From Alkalilimnicola ehrlichii MLHE-1 (GTDB lineage Bacteria; Pseudomonadota; Gammaproteobacteria; Nitrococcales; Halorhodospiraceae), in contig NC_008340.1 in the NCBI RefSeq assembly GCF_000014785.1, positions 1,020,001-1,052,000 of the forward strand: a stretch of 32,000 bases of DNA. Reading direction: 5' to 3'. The translations under genes were made by a program, and so were the position numbers. Each line of letters begins with the position of its first letter. Position 1 is the stretch's first letter. Below are positions 1 to 9,255 of the stretch, in pieces. Below the pieces are notes generated by a model that ran no database searches, was not told the DNA's origin, and saw only the letters and a program-made list of their open reading frames with translations.

Positions 1-1
1 G

Positions 2-1561
2 GCCGACCTGAACCGGGAGATCGTTCGCGAGCAGAACCGGGTCGGTCAGCCGCCCAACGACCTGCTGGACCAGCGGGATGAGTTGCTGCGCAGGATGGCC
101 GAGATCGCCGACGTGCGGGTGGTGGCCCAGACCGACGGGGCCGTGAATGTGGCGGTGGGCACCGGCCAGCCGGTGGTCAATGGCACCACCGCCAACCGCA
201 TCGAAATCGGCCCCGCTGACGGGGACCCCGAGCAACTGGACCTGTTCGTGGAGACCGCCGGCGGGCGGGTTAATGTCACGAGCAACCTCACCGGCGGCGG
301 GCTGGGTGGGCTGATGGAGTTCCGCGACCAGGTGCTCAACCCGGTGAACGACGAGCTGGGCCGGATCGCGGTCACCGTGGCCGAGACCCTCAACGCCCAG
401 CACAATCTCGGTGTTCAGTTCGACTCCGGGGAGCCCCGTCCGGGGGCCGACCTGTTCAGCGTGGCGCCCCCGCGGATGACCGAGGTGACCAACGCCGACC
501 CGGCCACACGCCCGGCGGTGGGCTTCGACCGAGAGCGGATCGATCAGCTCACCGGGCAGAACTACAGCCTGCGCTACGAGGGCGGTGACACCTGGCGGCT
601 GGTCAACGTCGATGACGCGGCGGGGACCCGCCGTTTCGACCTGGATGACCTGGAGACCGACGACGACGGTAACTATCTGCTGCGGGCCGACGGCCTGGCG
701 ATCAACCTGGGCCCCGACCCCGACGGTGACTTCTCCCGCGGCGACCGCTTCGATATCCAGCCCACCCGGCTGGGGGCGAGCAGTATCGAAACCCGCCTGA
801 GTCGTCCCAACCAAGTGGCGGCCGCCTCTGCGCTGATCTCGGGTGAGGGGGTGGACGGTGACGGCCAGTCGGCCAATACCGGCACCGGTCAGATCAGCCC
901 CATCCAGCTGACCGCGGCGGACGACGGCGCGATCCCCCTCGACGAAACGATCGAACTGAACTTCGTCCTGGCGGGGGGCGACAATGACGAACCCGGCTTC
1001 GAGGCCGAGGTGCCCGATGGCCAGGGTGGTATGGCGGCGGTCTTTTTGCCTTATGACCCGGAGGCACTGGACGTGGAGGTCGGTGCCACCTTCAGCCTCG
1101 GCGCCGAACCGGATGCGGGTGCGGACGAGGACGGTTTTGACGGTTACCTCGGCCTGCCCGGCCTGGCCGGCCGTTTCACGCTCTCGGGGGTGCCCCGCGA
1201 AGGCGATACCTTCTCTATCGGCGGCAACCGCAGCGCCGTGGGGGATAACGGCAATGCCCTGGCCATGGTGGGGCTGGAGGACCTGGAGACCCTGGACGGG
1301 GGCAACACCACCTTCCAGGAGGCCTACAGCAGTCTGGTGGGGGACGTGGGGGCCAATACCCTGCGGGCGCAGTCCAACCGGGACGCCCAGGAGACCCTGC
1401 TCAACCAGTCCATCGAGGCCCGCGAGGCCGTGTCCGGCGTCAACCTGGACGAGGAGGCGGCCAACATGCTGCGCTTCCAGCAGGCCTACTCGGCATCGGC
1501 CCAGGTCATTGCCGTTTCCAACGAATTGTTCCAGACCCTACTGGGCGCGGTGCAGAGGTAA
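2..1561 (+). CDS. flgK: Flagellar hook-associated protein 1 FlgK, 5'-truncated by the window edge
   Basis: Frame 2 is open from the window edge (ADLNREIVREQNRVGQPPNDLLDQRDELLRRMAEI...). C-terminus VNLDEEAANMLRFQQAYSASAQVIAVSNELFQTLLGAVQR is typical of FlgK. Followed directly by flgL. Confidence 0.95.
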   Translation, partial: ADLNREIVREQNRVGQPPNDLLDQRDELLRRMAEIADVRVVAQTDGAVNVAVGTGQPVVNGTTANRIEIGPADGDPEQLDLFVETAGGRVNVTSNLTGGGLGGLMEFRDQVLNPVNDELGRIAVTVAETLNAQHNLGVQFDSGEPRPGADLFSVAPPRMTEVTNADPATRPAVGFDRERIDQLTGQNYSLRYEGGDTWRLVNVDDAAGTRRFDLDDLETDDDGNYLLRADGLAINLGPDPDGDFSRGDRFDIQPTRLGASSIETRLSRPNQVAAASALISGEGVDGDGQSANTGTGQISPIQLTAADDGAIPLDETIELNFVLAGGDNDEPGFEAEVPDGQGGMAAVFLPYDPEALDVEVGATFSLGAEPDAGADEDGFDGYLGLPGLAGRFTLSGVPREGDTFSIGGNRSAVGDNGNALAMVGLEDLETLDGGNTTFQEAYSSLVGDVGANTLRAQSNRDAQETLLNQSIEAREAVSGVNLDEEAANMLRFQQAYSASAQVIAVSNELFQTLLGAVQR

Positions 1562-1567
1562 GCAGCC

Positions 1568-2794
1568 ATGCGATTGTCCACCAGCCAACTGGCCCTGCAG
1601 GGGGTGAACAGCATCCTCTCCCAGCAGGCCTCGCTGTCGAAGACCCAGGCGCAACTGGCCAGCGGCCGGCAGATCCTGACCCCGTCGGACGACCCGGCCG
1701 GCGCCTCCCGCATCCTGGAGCTGGAGAAGGCCATCAATACCGTGGAGCGGTACAACCGCAACGCCGACCAGGCGGAGACCCGGTTGGGGCTATCGGAGAA
1801 CATCCTCAACGAGTTTGGCAACACCCTGCAGCGGGTGCGCGAGCTCTCCGTGCAGGCGGCCAACGGCTCGCAGGACCGGGAGACCCGGGCCTACATCGCC
1901 TCTGAGCTGCGCCAGGCCCAGGATCAACTCGTACAGCTCGCCAACACCGATGACGGCAACGGCGAGTTCCTGTTCGCCGGCTCCGAGACCCGCACCCAGC
2001 CCTTCACCAAGACCGCGGGCGGGAAGGTGGTGTACAACGGCGATCAGGGCCAGCGGGAGGTACGTATCGGCCCCTCGCGTACGCTGGCGGTGGACAGCTC
2101 GGGCTTCGACGCCTTCATGAAGATCCCCAACGGCAATGGGGATTACCAGGCCCGCGAGGCGCAGGGGAACAGCGGCAGCGGCATCATCACCGTCGGCGAC
2201 TCGCCCGCCCTGGTCCAGCCCGGGGAGGCGTACACCATCGCCTTCGAACAGGACGGGGCGGGAGGCATGACCTACCGGGTGCTGGATGGCGACGATCAGC
2301 CGGTGGCGGTGGACGGCGAGCCCGTCACCGGGCCCTACGAGCCCGGTATGACCCTCCGGTTTCCCGCCGAGAGCGGCCAGTCGCTGCAGGTGAAGCTGGA
2401 CGGCCGGCCGGAGGAGGGCGACCGGTTCGAGGTGAGCGCGGCCAGGCCTCAGTCTGTATTCGAGACCGTCAACAACCTCATCCGCACCCTGGAAGACGAC
2501 GGTGACGGTCCGGCCCTGAATAATGCCGTCAACCGCTTTCTGGCCGACATCGACCAGGGGATGGAGAACATCATCCGGGTACGCTCGGAGCTGGGGGCCC
2601 GGCTGAACACCCTGGACGCCAGTCGCGATGCCAACGAGGGCGCCCTGCTGGACCTGAATGCCGCGAAATCCAGGTTGGCGGACCTGGACTACGCCGAGGC
2701 CACCGGTCGCTTCAACCAGGAGCTGGTGGGGCTGCAGGCCGCGCAGCAGACCTATACCCGACTGCAGGGGCTGTCGCTCTTCGAGTTCATCTAG
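1568..2794 (+). CDS. flgL: Flagellar hook-associated protein 3 FlgL
   Basis: N-terminus MRLSTSQLALQGVNSILSQQASLSKTQAQLASGRQILTPSDDPAGASRILELE, flagellin-like C-terminus, GAGGT-type RBS upstream, adjacent to flgK. Confidence 0.95.
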   Translation: MRLSTSQLALQGVNSILSQQASLSKTQAQLASGRQILTPSDDPAGASRILELEKAINTVERYNRNADQAETRLGLSENILNEFGNTLQRVRELSVQAANGSQDRETRAYIASELRQAQDQLVQLANTDDGNGEFLFAGSETRTQPFTKTAGGKVVYNGDQGQREVRIGPSRTLAVDSSGFDAFMKIPNGNGDYQAREAQGNSGSGIITVGDSPALVQPGEAYTIAFEQDGAGGMTYRVLDGDDQPVAVDGEPVTGPYEPGMTLRFPAESGQSLQVKLDGRPEEGDRFEVSAARPQSVFETVNNLIRTLEDDGDGPALNNAVNRFLADIDQGMENIIRVRSELGARLNTLDASRDANEGALLDLNAAKSRLADLDYAEATGRFNQELVGLQAAQQTYTRLQGLSLFEFI

Positions 2795-3456
2795 GCCGAC
2801 TCGGCACTGGGGCAGCGGTCAGCCAGCGGGCAGACGCCGCAGCGGGGCCGCGGCCGGCAGGTGGCCTTGCCCAGGGCGACGATCTGGGCGTGGTAGTCGT
2901 TGTACAGCGCCACATCCGGCCCCAGGGCGCGCTCAAAGGCCGCGCGCAGGGGCTCATAGCCCGGGTCCCCGTCCACCAGCCCCAGTCGGGCGAAGATTCG
3001 CCGGGTGTAGGCGTCGATCACAAAGACCGGTCGCTCGAAGGCGTAGAGCAGGATATCGTCCGCGGTTTCGCGCCCCACCCCATGGACCGCCAGCAGCCGT
3101 TGGCGCAGGGTGGCGGTGTCCAGCGCCGCCAGGCCCGCCTCCCCGCCGGCGTCCTGCCAGGCCCGGCACAACGCCAGCAGCCGCCGCGCCTTGACGTTGA
3201 AGTAGCCGGAGGGCCGGATAACCTCGGCCAGGGCCTCCTGCGGGCAGTCCAGCATCGCCTCGGGGGCCAGCAGGCGACGCTCGCGGAGCCGCGTGATGGC
3301 CTTCTCCACGTTGCTCCAGGCGGTGTTCTGGGTGAGCACCGCGCCCACCGCAATCTCGAAGCAGCCGTTGCCCGGCCACCAGTCCAGGTGGCCGTGGTGG
3401 TCCCGCAGGGCCCGGTAGATGGCGTGCAGCCGGGGCCCGGTGAGGGCGTCGGTCAT
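2791..3456 (-). CDS. Endonuclease III-related HhH-GPD protein (DNA glycosylase/AP lyase-like)
   Basis: VGAVLTQNTAWSNVEKAITRL, GVGRETADDILLYAFERPVFVIDAYTRR (HhH-GPD) and C-terminal CRPRPRCGVCPLADRCPSA, an Fe-S-type Cys cluster. Confidence 0.85.
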   Translation of the reverse strand: MTDALTGPRLHAIYRALRDHHGHLDWWPGNGCFEIAVGAVLTQNTAWSNVEKAITRLRERRLLAPEAMLDCPQEALAEVIRPSGYFNVKARRLLALCRAWQDAGGEAGLAALDTATLRQRLLAVHGVGRETADDILLYAFERPVFVIDAYTRRIFARLGLVDGDPGYEPLRAAFERALGPDVALYNDYHAQIVALGKATCRPRPRCGVCPLADRCPSAESA

Positions 3457-3464
3457 GTCGCCGG

Positions 3465-4223
3465 TCAGCGCGCCAGGGTGAGGGACTGGCCGTGGACGTC
3501 GGCACTGTCCGCGCCCAGCAGCCAGACGAAGGCCCCGGCTACCTGGTCGGGGGTGGGCAGCTTCTCCTGGTCCTCGCCCGGGTAGGCCTGATAGCGCATT
3601 CGGGTGCGCACCGCACCCGGGTCCAGGCTGTTGACCCGCACCGGGGTGGTGTCGGCGAGCTCGGCGGCGAGGATGCGCATCAGACCTTCCACTCCGGCCG
3701 CCGAGACGCCGTAGGCGCCGGCATAGGGCATCTGTTCCCGGCCCTCACGGGCGCTGGTGAAGACGATGGAGGCGGCCGGCGATTGGCGCAGCAGCGGCAG
3801 GCAGGCCCGGGTGACCAGGAAGGGGGCGTGGAGATTGAGGTGGACGGTCCGGAACCAGGCTTCCATGTCGTAGATCTCCACCGGCGCCGGACGGCCGAGC
3901 ATCGCGGCGCAGTGCAGCAGACCATCGAGCCGCCCGAAGTTCTCCTCCAGGCGCACGCGCATGTCGTCGTAGTCCGCCGTGCTGGCGCCCTCCAGGTTCA
4001 TCGGGTAGAGCGCCGGTTCCGCCGGGCCGCGCTGGGCCAGGTCATCGTACAGGCGCTCCAGTGACTTCATGTCCTTGTCCAGGGCGACCACGGTGGCCCC
4101 GGCCTCGGCCAGCTGGCGGCAGACCGCCCCGCCGATCCCCCCACAGGCCCCGGTCACCAGGATGATGCGGTCCCGGAACAGCTCAGCCGCCGGGGTATAG
4201 TCGCCGGTCAGTGGATTGCTCAT
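3465..4223 (-). CDS. SDR family oxidoreductase, YciK-like
   Basis: ILVTGACGGIGGAV (TGxxxGxG nucleotide-binding motif), AYGAYGVSAAGVEGLMRILAAEL, NSLDPGAVRTRMR; general YciK-like architecture. Confidence 0.85.
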   Translation of the reverse strand: MSNPLTGDYTPAAELFRDRIILVTGACGGIGGAVCRQLAEAGATVVALDKDMKSLERLYDDLAQRGPAEPALYPMNLEGASTADYDDMRVRLEENFGRLDGLLHCAAMLGRPAPVEIYDMEAWFRTVHLNLHAPFLVTRACLPLLRQSPAASIVFTSAREGREQMPYAGAYGVSAAGVEGLMRILAAELADTTPVRVNSLDPGAVRTRMRYQAYPGEDQEKLPTPDQVAGAFVWLLGADSADVHGQSLTLAR

Positions 4224-4236
4224 TGTGTTTCCTCTT

Positions 4237-5091
4237 CTATTGGTTTTGATGCCGCCGTTCCCTGCGCGCGGTGCGCCATGCCAGCCACAGCTTGCGCAGC
4301 GGTGTCAGGTGAACGCGCCGATGGAGCATGGGCAGCCCCTGGCGCTCCAGCTCCACCAGCAGTTGCCGGTAGAGGGCGGCCATGATCAGGGCCGGGCGCT
4401 GGGCATAGCGGTCGCGGTCGGCCAGGGCGGTATCCGCCTGGCGGAAGAAATCGCGCGCCCGGTCCACCTGCTGCTGCAGCAGGTGCTGCAGCCCCGGGTG
4501 GTCCGCGGGCAGTCGCAGCAGGCCCTCGCGGGACAGGCCTGCCGCGTGGATCTCGTCCTCCGGCAGATAGAACCGCCCGGCCCGGGCGTGGCGGCCCAGG
4601 TGGCGCAGTCGGCCGGTGAGCAGCAGGGCCATCCCCAGATGGTGCCCGAAGCGGGCACTGGCCGGGTCATTGTACCCCGCCTGGCGCAGGGCCAGATCGG
4701 CCATGGCACACCCCACTTGATGGCCGTAGGCCGACAGCTCGCGGAAGCTGGGATAGACGCCATACTCCAGGTCCAGCGCCGTGCCGGTGATGATGTCCTC
4801 GAAGCGCTCGCGGGGCAGTTCGGACTGCCGGATCACCGGGACCAGGGCGTGGCCCACCGGGTGCTCCGGTTGCCGCTCGAAGACGCGGTCGATCTCCCCG
4901 CGCCACCAGTCGAGCTTGGCCCGGCCCACAGCGGGATCGCTGACCTCACCGGGGATGGCCGTCACCTCGCGGTGAAAGGCGTGCAGCGCCAGCAGCCCGT
5001 CCCGTTGAACGGGGGTGGCGAACAGCAGGGCGTAATGCAGGCTGGACCCCGGTGGGGCGGCCTTTTTGCGGCAGTAGTCCAGAGCTTGCAC
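4237..5091 (-). CDS. Squalene/phytoene synthase family protein; GTG start at 5091 proposed (ORF is open to 5229)
   Basis: DYCRKKAAPPGSSLHYALLFATPVQRDGLLALHAFHREV, PVIRQSELPRERFEDIITGTALDLE and YCYxVA-like YGHQVGCAMADLALR regions. The N-terminal 46 aa before 5091 look non-homologous and would abut the divergent promoter. Confidence 0.75.
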   Translation of the reverse strand: MQALDYCRKKAAPPGSSLHYALLFATPVQRDGLLALHAFHREVTAIPGEVSDPAVGRAKLDWWRGEIDRVFERQPEHPVGHALVPVIRQSELPRERFEDIITGTALDLEYGVYPSFRELSAYGHQVGCAMADLALRQAGYNDPASARFGHHLGMALLLTGRLRHLGRHARAGRFYLPEDEIHAAGLSREGLLRLPADHPGLQHLLQQQVDRARDFFRQADTALADRDRYAQRPALIMAALYRQLLVELERQGLPMLHRRVHLTPLRKLWLAWRTARRERRHQNQ

Positions 5092-5246
5092 GGGCTGGGT
5101 GGCGGTGGCGGCGGATGGAGTGCGGCCTAATCTAACACGCTGGGGCCCCGGGGCGCAGCCGGTGCGCGCGCGGTTGCAAAACCGCAGGGCTACCCCCAGT
5201 CTCCAAGGTATCAGCGACTTGCCGAACACTGTAGCGGGGTTGCCTT

Positions 5247-6548
5247 ATGGTGGCGCACAAGAACATCTTCGTATTCGGGCTGGACGAGGAGAACCACGCG
5301 TTTCTCAAGCGCGTCCGGCACGCGGAGCACTATACGTTCCACGGCCTGCTGAACCGCTCCGAACTGGTGGAGCGGGACGATTACGACATCCCGCACCTCA
5401 TCGAGAAGGTGCGGACCCGGCTGAATGGCTTCGATGGGTCCGTGGACGGCCTGATCCACTACATCGATTTTCCGGTGAGCACCACGGTACCCCTGCTGGC
5501 CCGGGAGTACGGGCTGCCTTCGGCGTCCCTGGAGGCGGTGCTCTGCTGCGAGCACAAGTACTGGGCGCGGGTGGAGCAGGCCAGGGTGATCCCCGATGCC
5601 TGCCCGCCCTTTGCCGCCTTCGACCCCTTCGACGACCGTGCCCGGGCGCGGCTCGAGGCGGAGATCGGCTACCCGTTCTGGGTCAAGCCCATCAAGTCCT
5701 TCTCCAGCTACCTGGGTTTCCGTATTGACGGACCGGAGGACTTCGAGCACGCCCAGGCGCGGATGCGGGCGGGAATCGGTCGCTTCGCCGAGCCCTTCGA
5801 CTACCTGCTGGACCAGGTGGAACTCCCCCCGGAGGTGCGCGGCATCGGCGGCGGCCACTGCCTGGCCGAGGGCATCATTGGTGGCCATCAGTGCACCCTG
5901 GAGGGCTATGGCTACCAGGGCCATGTGTATGTCTACGGTGCGGTGGACTCGGTCCGCGAGCCCAACGGCTCTTCATTCCGGCGCTACCAATACCCGTCGG
6001 TGCTGCCCGAGCCGGTCCAGCAACGGATGATCGAGCAGGCGCGGCGGTTCATGACCCACATCGGCTACGACAATGCGCCCTTCAACATTGAGTTCTACTG
6101 GGACGAAGCCACAGACGATGTCTGGCTGTTGGAGGTCAACACCCGGCTGTCCCAGTCCCACTGCGACCTGTTCGAGAAGGTGGACGGGGTCTCGCACCAG
6201 GAGGTGGCCGTTGACCTGGCGCTGGGTCGGGCGCCGGAGTTCCCGCAGGGGCGGGGCGAGTTCCCCATGGCGGCGAAGTGCTTCCTGCGGGTGTTCGAGG
6301 ACGGCAAGGTCACCCGGGTGCCCAGTGCATCGGAGGTGCGCGCTTTGGAGGAGGCCTTCCCCGGGACCCGTATCCAGATCCAGGCTCGCGAGGGTGCCTG
6401 GCTGTCCCAGCTCTGGGATCAGGACAGTTACAGTTACTGCCTGGCGCTGATCTTCCTGGGCGGCGAGAATGAAGAGGACATAGAGGCCCGTTTCGAACAC
6501 ATCCGCGAGGGCCTGGACTTTCGGATCGAGAAGCCGGAGGCAGCGTGA
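5247..6548 (+). CDS. ATP-grasp domain protein of unknown substrate
   Basis: Pre-ATP-grasp region, YPFWVKPIKSFSSYLGFRI lysine strand, and LLEVNTRLSQSHCDLFEKVDGVSHQEVAVDLALG, matching the ATP-grasp ExNxR catalytic motif. Confidence 0.85.
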   Translation: MVAHKNIFVFGLDEENHAFLKRVRHAEHYTFHGLLNRSELVERDDYDIPHLIEKVRTRLNGFDGSVDGLIHYIDFPVSTTVPLLAREYGLPSASLEAVLCCEHKYWARVEQARVIPDACPPFAAFDPFDDRARARLEAEIGYPFWVKPIKSFSSYLGFRIDGPEDFEHAQARMRAGIGRFAEPFDYLLDQVELPPEVRGIGGGHCLAEGIIGGHQCTLEGYGYQGHVYVYGAVDSVREPNGSSFRRYQYPSVLPEPVQQRMIEQARRFMTHIGYDNAPFNIEFYWDEATDDVWLLEVNTRLSQSHCDLFEKVDGVSHQEVAVDLALGRAPEFPQGRGEFPMAAKCFLRVFEDGKVTRVPSASEVRALEEAFPGTRIQIQAREGAWLSQLWDQDSYSYCLALIFLGGENEEDIEARFEHIREGLDFRIEKPEAA

Positions 6549-8590
6549 TGCCCGAGAAGGCGCGTGTAGTGCCGTTGAACGACCTGCCGGAGCGCATCCG
6601 GGTGGTCGAGAACCTGTGGATCCCGATGCCGGATGGCGTGCAGTTGGCGGCCCGGGCCTGGATCCCAGAATCTGCCGTGCACCAGGCGGTGCCGGCCATC
6701 CTGGAGTACATCCCCTACCGCAAACGGGAGTTCACCCGGCAGCGAGATGACGCCACCCACGCCTACCTGGCCGGTCACGGCTACGCCTGCGTGCGGGTGG
6801 ACATCCGCGGCAGCGGCGAATCGGACGGGGTGCTCACCGACGAGTACCTGCCCATCGAGCTGGAGGACGGCGAGGTGATCCTGCGCTGGCTGGCGGAACA
6901 GGACTGGTGCAACGGTCGGGTGGGGATGATCGGCATCTCCTGGGGCGGGTTCAACGGCCTGCAGCTGGCCGCCCGGCAGCCCAAGGAGCTGGGGGCCATT
7001 GTCACCGTCTGCTCCACCGACGACCGGTACACCGACGACGTCCACTATATGGGCGGCTGCCTGCTCGGCGACAACCTGTCCTGGGCCTCGGCCATGTACA
7101 GCCACTCGGCCCTGCCGCCGGATCCGGCCATCGTCGGCGACAGCTGGCGCGAGACCTGGCACCGGCGCATGGAGGGCAGCGGTTTCTGGCTGGAGGACTG
7201 GTTGAGCCACCAGCGCCGCGACGACTACTGGCGCCACGGCTCCATCAACGAGGACTATGGCGCGGTACAGATCCCGGTGATGGCCGTCTCCGGCTGGGCG
7301 GACGGCTACTCCAACTCGGTGTTCCGCATGCTGGAGCACCTGCCGGGGCCGCGCATGGGGCTGGTTGGCCCCTGGGGCCACAAGTACCCCCACCAGGGCA
7401 TCCCGGGCCCGGCCATCGACTTCCTCGGCGAGGTGCTGCGCTGGTTCGACCGCTGGCTGAAGGACGAACCCAACGGGGTGGAGGCCGAGCCCATGCTGCG
7501 GGCCTGGGTCCAGGACACCATGCCCCCCATCACCGGGGTCCGCCACCGGCCGGGGCGCTGGGTGGCCGAGCCGGGCTGGCCCAGCCCCGGGGTGCGCAGA
7601 GAGTGCCTGGACCTGCGTCCGGGGCAGATTGGCAACAGCAGCGCCCGGCCCGCCGAGCACACCGATTTGACGCTGCAATCGCCGCTGTCGGTGGGGCTGT
7701 TCGCCGGGCGCTGGTGCTCGTTCAGCGCCACCCCGGACCTGCCCCACGACCAGCGCGAGGAGGACGGCGGTGCGCTGATCTTCACCAGCGATCCGCTGGA
7801 GCAGCCGCTGGAACTGCTCGGGCAGCCGGCGGTGACCCTGGAGGTGGCGTCCGACAAGCCGGTGGCGCAGGTGGCCGTGCGCCTGTCTGAGGTGGCGGAG
7901 AGCGACGAGGCCACCCGGCTGACCTACGGGCTGCTCAACCTCACCCACCGCAACGGCCATGAGGACCCGGAGCCGTTGGAGCCGGGCCGGTTCTACACCG
8001 TAAGGGTCAAGCTCAACGACATCGGTCAGCGCATCCCCGCCGGCCACCGGTTGCGGGTGTCGATCTCCACCTCTTACTGGCCGCTGGCCTGGCCGGCGCC
8101 GGAGTCGCCGCGGCTCACCTTCCGTACCCAGGGCTGCTGCCTGGAGCTGCCGGTGCGCGAGTCTGCTGCCGAGGAGGAGAACCTGCGCCGCCCCGGCCCG
8201 CCGGTGCAGAGCCCGGGGCCGGCGATGACCCTGTTGCAGCCGCGGGACTACGGCTGGACGGTCACCCGGGACCTGGCGTCCGACCGCTCCACACTGGAGG
8301 TCAAGAAGGACGAGGGGGCCTTCCAACTGGATGAGATCGGCATGGGCATGCGCATTCACACCGTTGAGTGGTACAGCCATACGGGCAATCAGTACGACTC
8401 GGTGCGGGGCGAGACCCGCGCGGTGCGGGAGTTGCGCCGGGAGGGCTGGCAGGTGCGGGTGGAGACCCGCACGGTGCTCACCTCCGACGCCGGGAACTTC
8501 CACCTGCGCGCCGAGATGGACGCCTACGAGGGCGACGAGCGGGTGCATGCGCACAACATCTCGCGCAGCATCCCGCGTGACCTGATCTAG
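6548..8590 (+). CDS. CocE/NonD (X-Pro dipeptidyl-peptidase S15-like) family hydrolase
   Basis: MPDGVQLAARAWIP, IPYRKREFTRQRDDATHAYLAGHGYACVRVDIRGSGESDG, MIGISWGGFNGLQLAA (GxSxGG nucleophile), C-terminal jelly-roll LRVSISTSYWPLAWPAP. ATG overlaps the preceding TGA (TGATG). Confidence 0.9.
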   Translation: MPEKARVVPLNDLPERIRVVENLWIPMPDGVQLAARAWIPESAVHQAVPAILEYIPYRKREFTRQRDDATHAYLAGHGYACVRVDIRGSGESDGVLTDEYLPIELEDGEVILRWLAEQDWCNGRVGMIGISWGGFNGLQLAARQPKELGAIVTVCSTDDRYTDDVHYMGGCLLGDNLSWASAMYSHSALPPDPAIVGDSWRETWHRRMEGSGFWLEDWLSHQRRDDYWRHGSINEDYGAVQIPVMAVSGWADGYSNSVFRMLEHLPGPRMGLVGPWGHKYPHQGIPGPAIDFLGEVLRWFDRWLKDEPNGVEAEPMLRAWVQDTMPPITGVRHRPGRWVAEPGWPSPGVRRECLDLRPGQIGNSSARPAEHTDLTLQSPLSVGLFAGRWCSFSATPDLPHDQREEDGGALIFTSDPLEQPLELLGQPAVTLEVASDKPVAQVAVRLSEVAESDEATRLTYGLLNLTHRNGHEDPEPLEPGRFYTVRVKLNDIGQRIPAGHRLRVSISTSYWPLAWPAPESPRLTFRTQGCCLELPVRESAAEEENLRRPGPPVQSPGPAMTLLQPRDYGWTVTRDLASDRSTLEVKKDEGAFQLDEIGMGMRIHTVEWYSHTGNQYDSVRGETRAVRELRREGWQVRVETRTVLTSDAGNFHLRAEMDAYEGDERVHAHNISRSIPRDLI

Positions 8591-9255
8591 GCCGGGGGCA
8601 GCCAGCGCAGCAGGTCCTGCGGCGTGTTCAGCAGGCCATCGGCGCCCCAGCCGGCCGGGTGATCGCCGGCCCCCAGGTAGCCGAACAGGGCGGCCAGGGT
8701 CGGGCAGCCGGCATGCTGTCCGGCCTGGATATCGCGCAGGGCATCGCCGGCGGTCAGGCAACGGGCCGGCGCCACGCCCAGTGTCGCGCAGGCCGCCTCC
8801 ATGGGGTCGGGGTGGGGCTTGGGCCGTGGTGCGGTGTCACCGCAGACCACCGCCGCCGCCCGCCGGTCCAGTCCCAGCGCCGCCAGCAGGGGGTGGGTGA
8901 GCCGCGCCGGCTTGTTGGTGACGATGCCCCAGGGCAGCCCCAGTGCCTCCACCCGTGCCAGCACGGTCTCCATCCCGGGGAAGGGGCGCGTGCGCCCGGC
9001 GATATCCGCCTCGTAGTGGCGCAGCATGGCCTCGTGCAGCGCCGGCATGGCCGGGTCGTCCGGCGCCAGGGCGAAGGCGTGGCAGAGCATGACCACCGCC
9101 CCGTGGGAGACCGTGGGGCGGATGCGGGCCTCCGGCAGCGGTGACCGGCCCTGTTCGGCAAGTACCCGGTTCAGGGCCGTGGCCAGGTCCCCGGCGGTAT
9201 CCAGCAGGGTGCCGTCCAGGTCGAATAGTACCCCCTCGATGCGGGCCGCCCGCAT
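8587..9255 (-). CDS. gph: Phosphoglycolate phosphatase (HAD superfamily)
   Basis: GVLFDLDGTLLDTAGDLATALN (HAD motif I), GIVTNKPARLTHPLL (motif II), VVCGDTAPRPKPHPDPM (motif III). Sits next to ubiG. Confidence 0.88.
   Translation of the reverse strand: MRAARIEGVLFDLDGTLLDTAGDLATALNRVLAEQGRSPLPEARIRPTVSHGAVVMLCHAFALAPDDPAMPALHEAMLRHYEADIAGRTRPFPGMETVLARVEALGLPWGIVTNKPARLTHPLLAALGLDRRAAAVVCGDTAPRPKPHPDPMEAACATLGVAPARCLTAGDALRDIQAGQHAGCPTLAALFGYLGAGDHPAGWGADGLLNTPQDLLRWLPPA

Noticed and set aside
5099-5728. Plus-strand 209-aa ORF overlapping the 5' part of the ATP-grasp gene
   Set aside because: Out of frame with the well-supported ATP-grasp CDS and Arg/Gly/Ala-rich without motifs.
6434-8761. 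775-aa minus-strand ORF
   Set aside because: It is exactly antisense to the CocE/NonD hydrolase, with Gln/His/Arg-rich composition typical of high-GC antisense frames and no recognisable domain.
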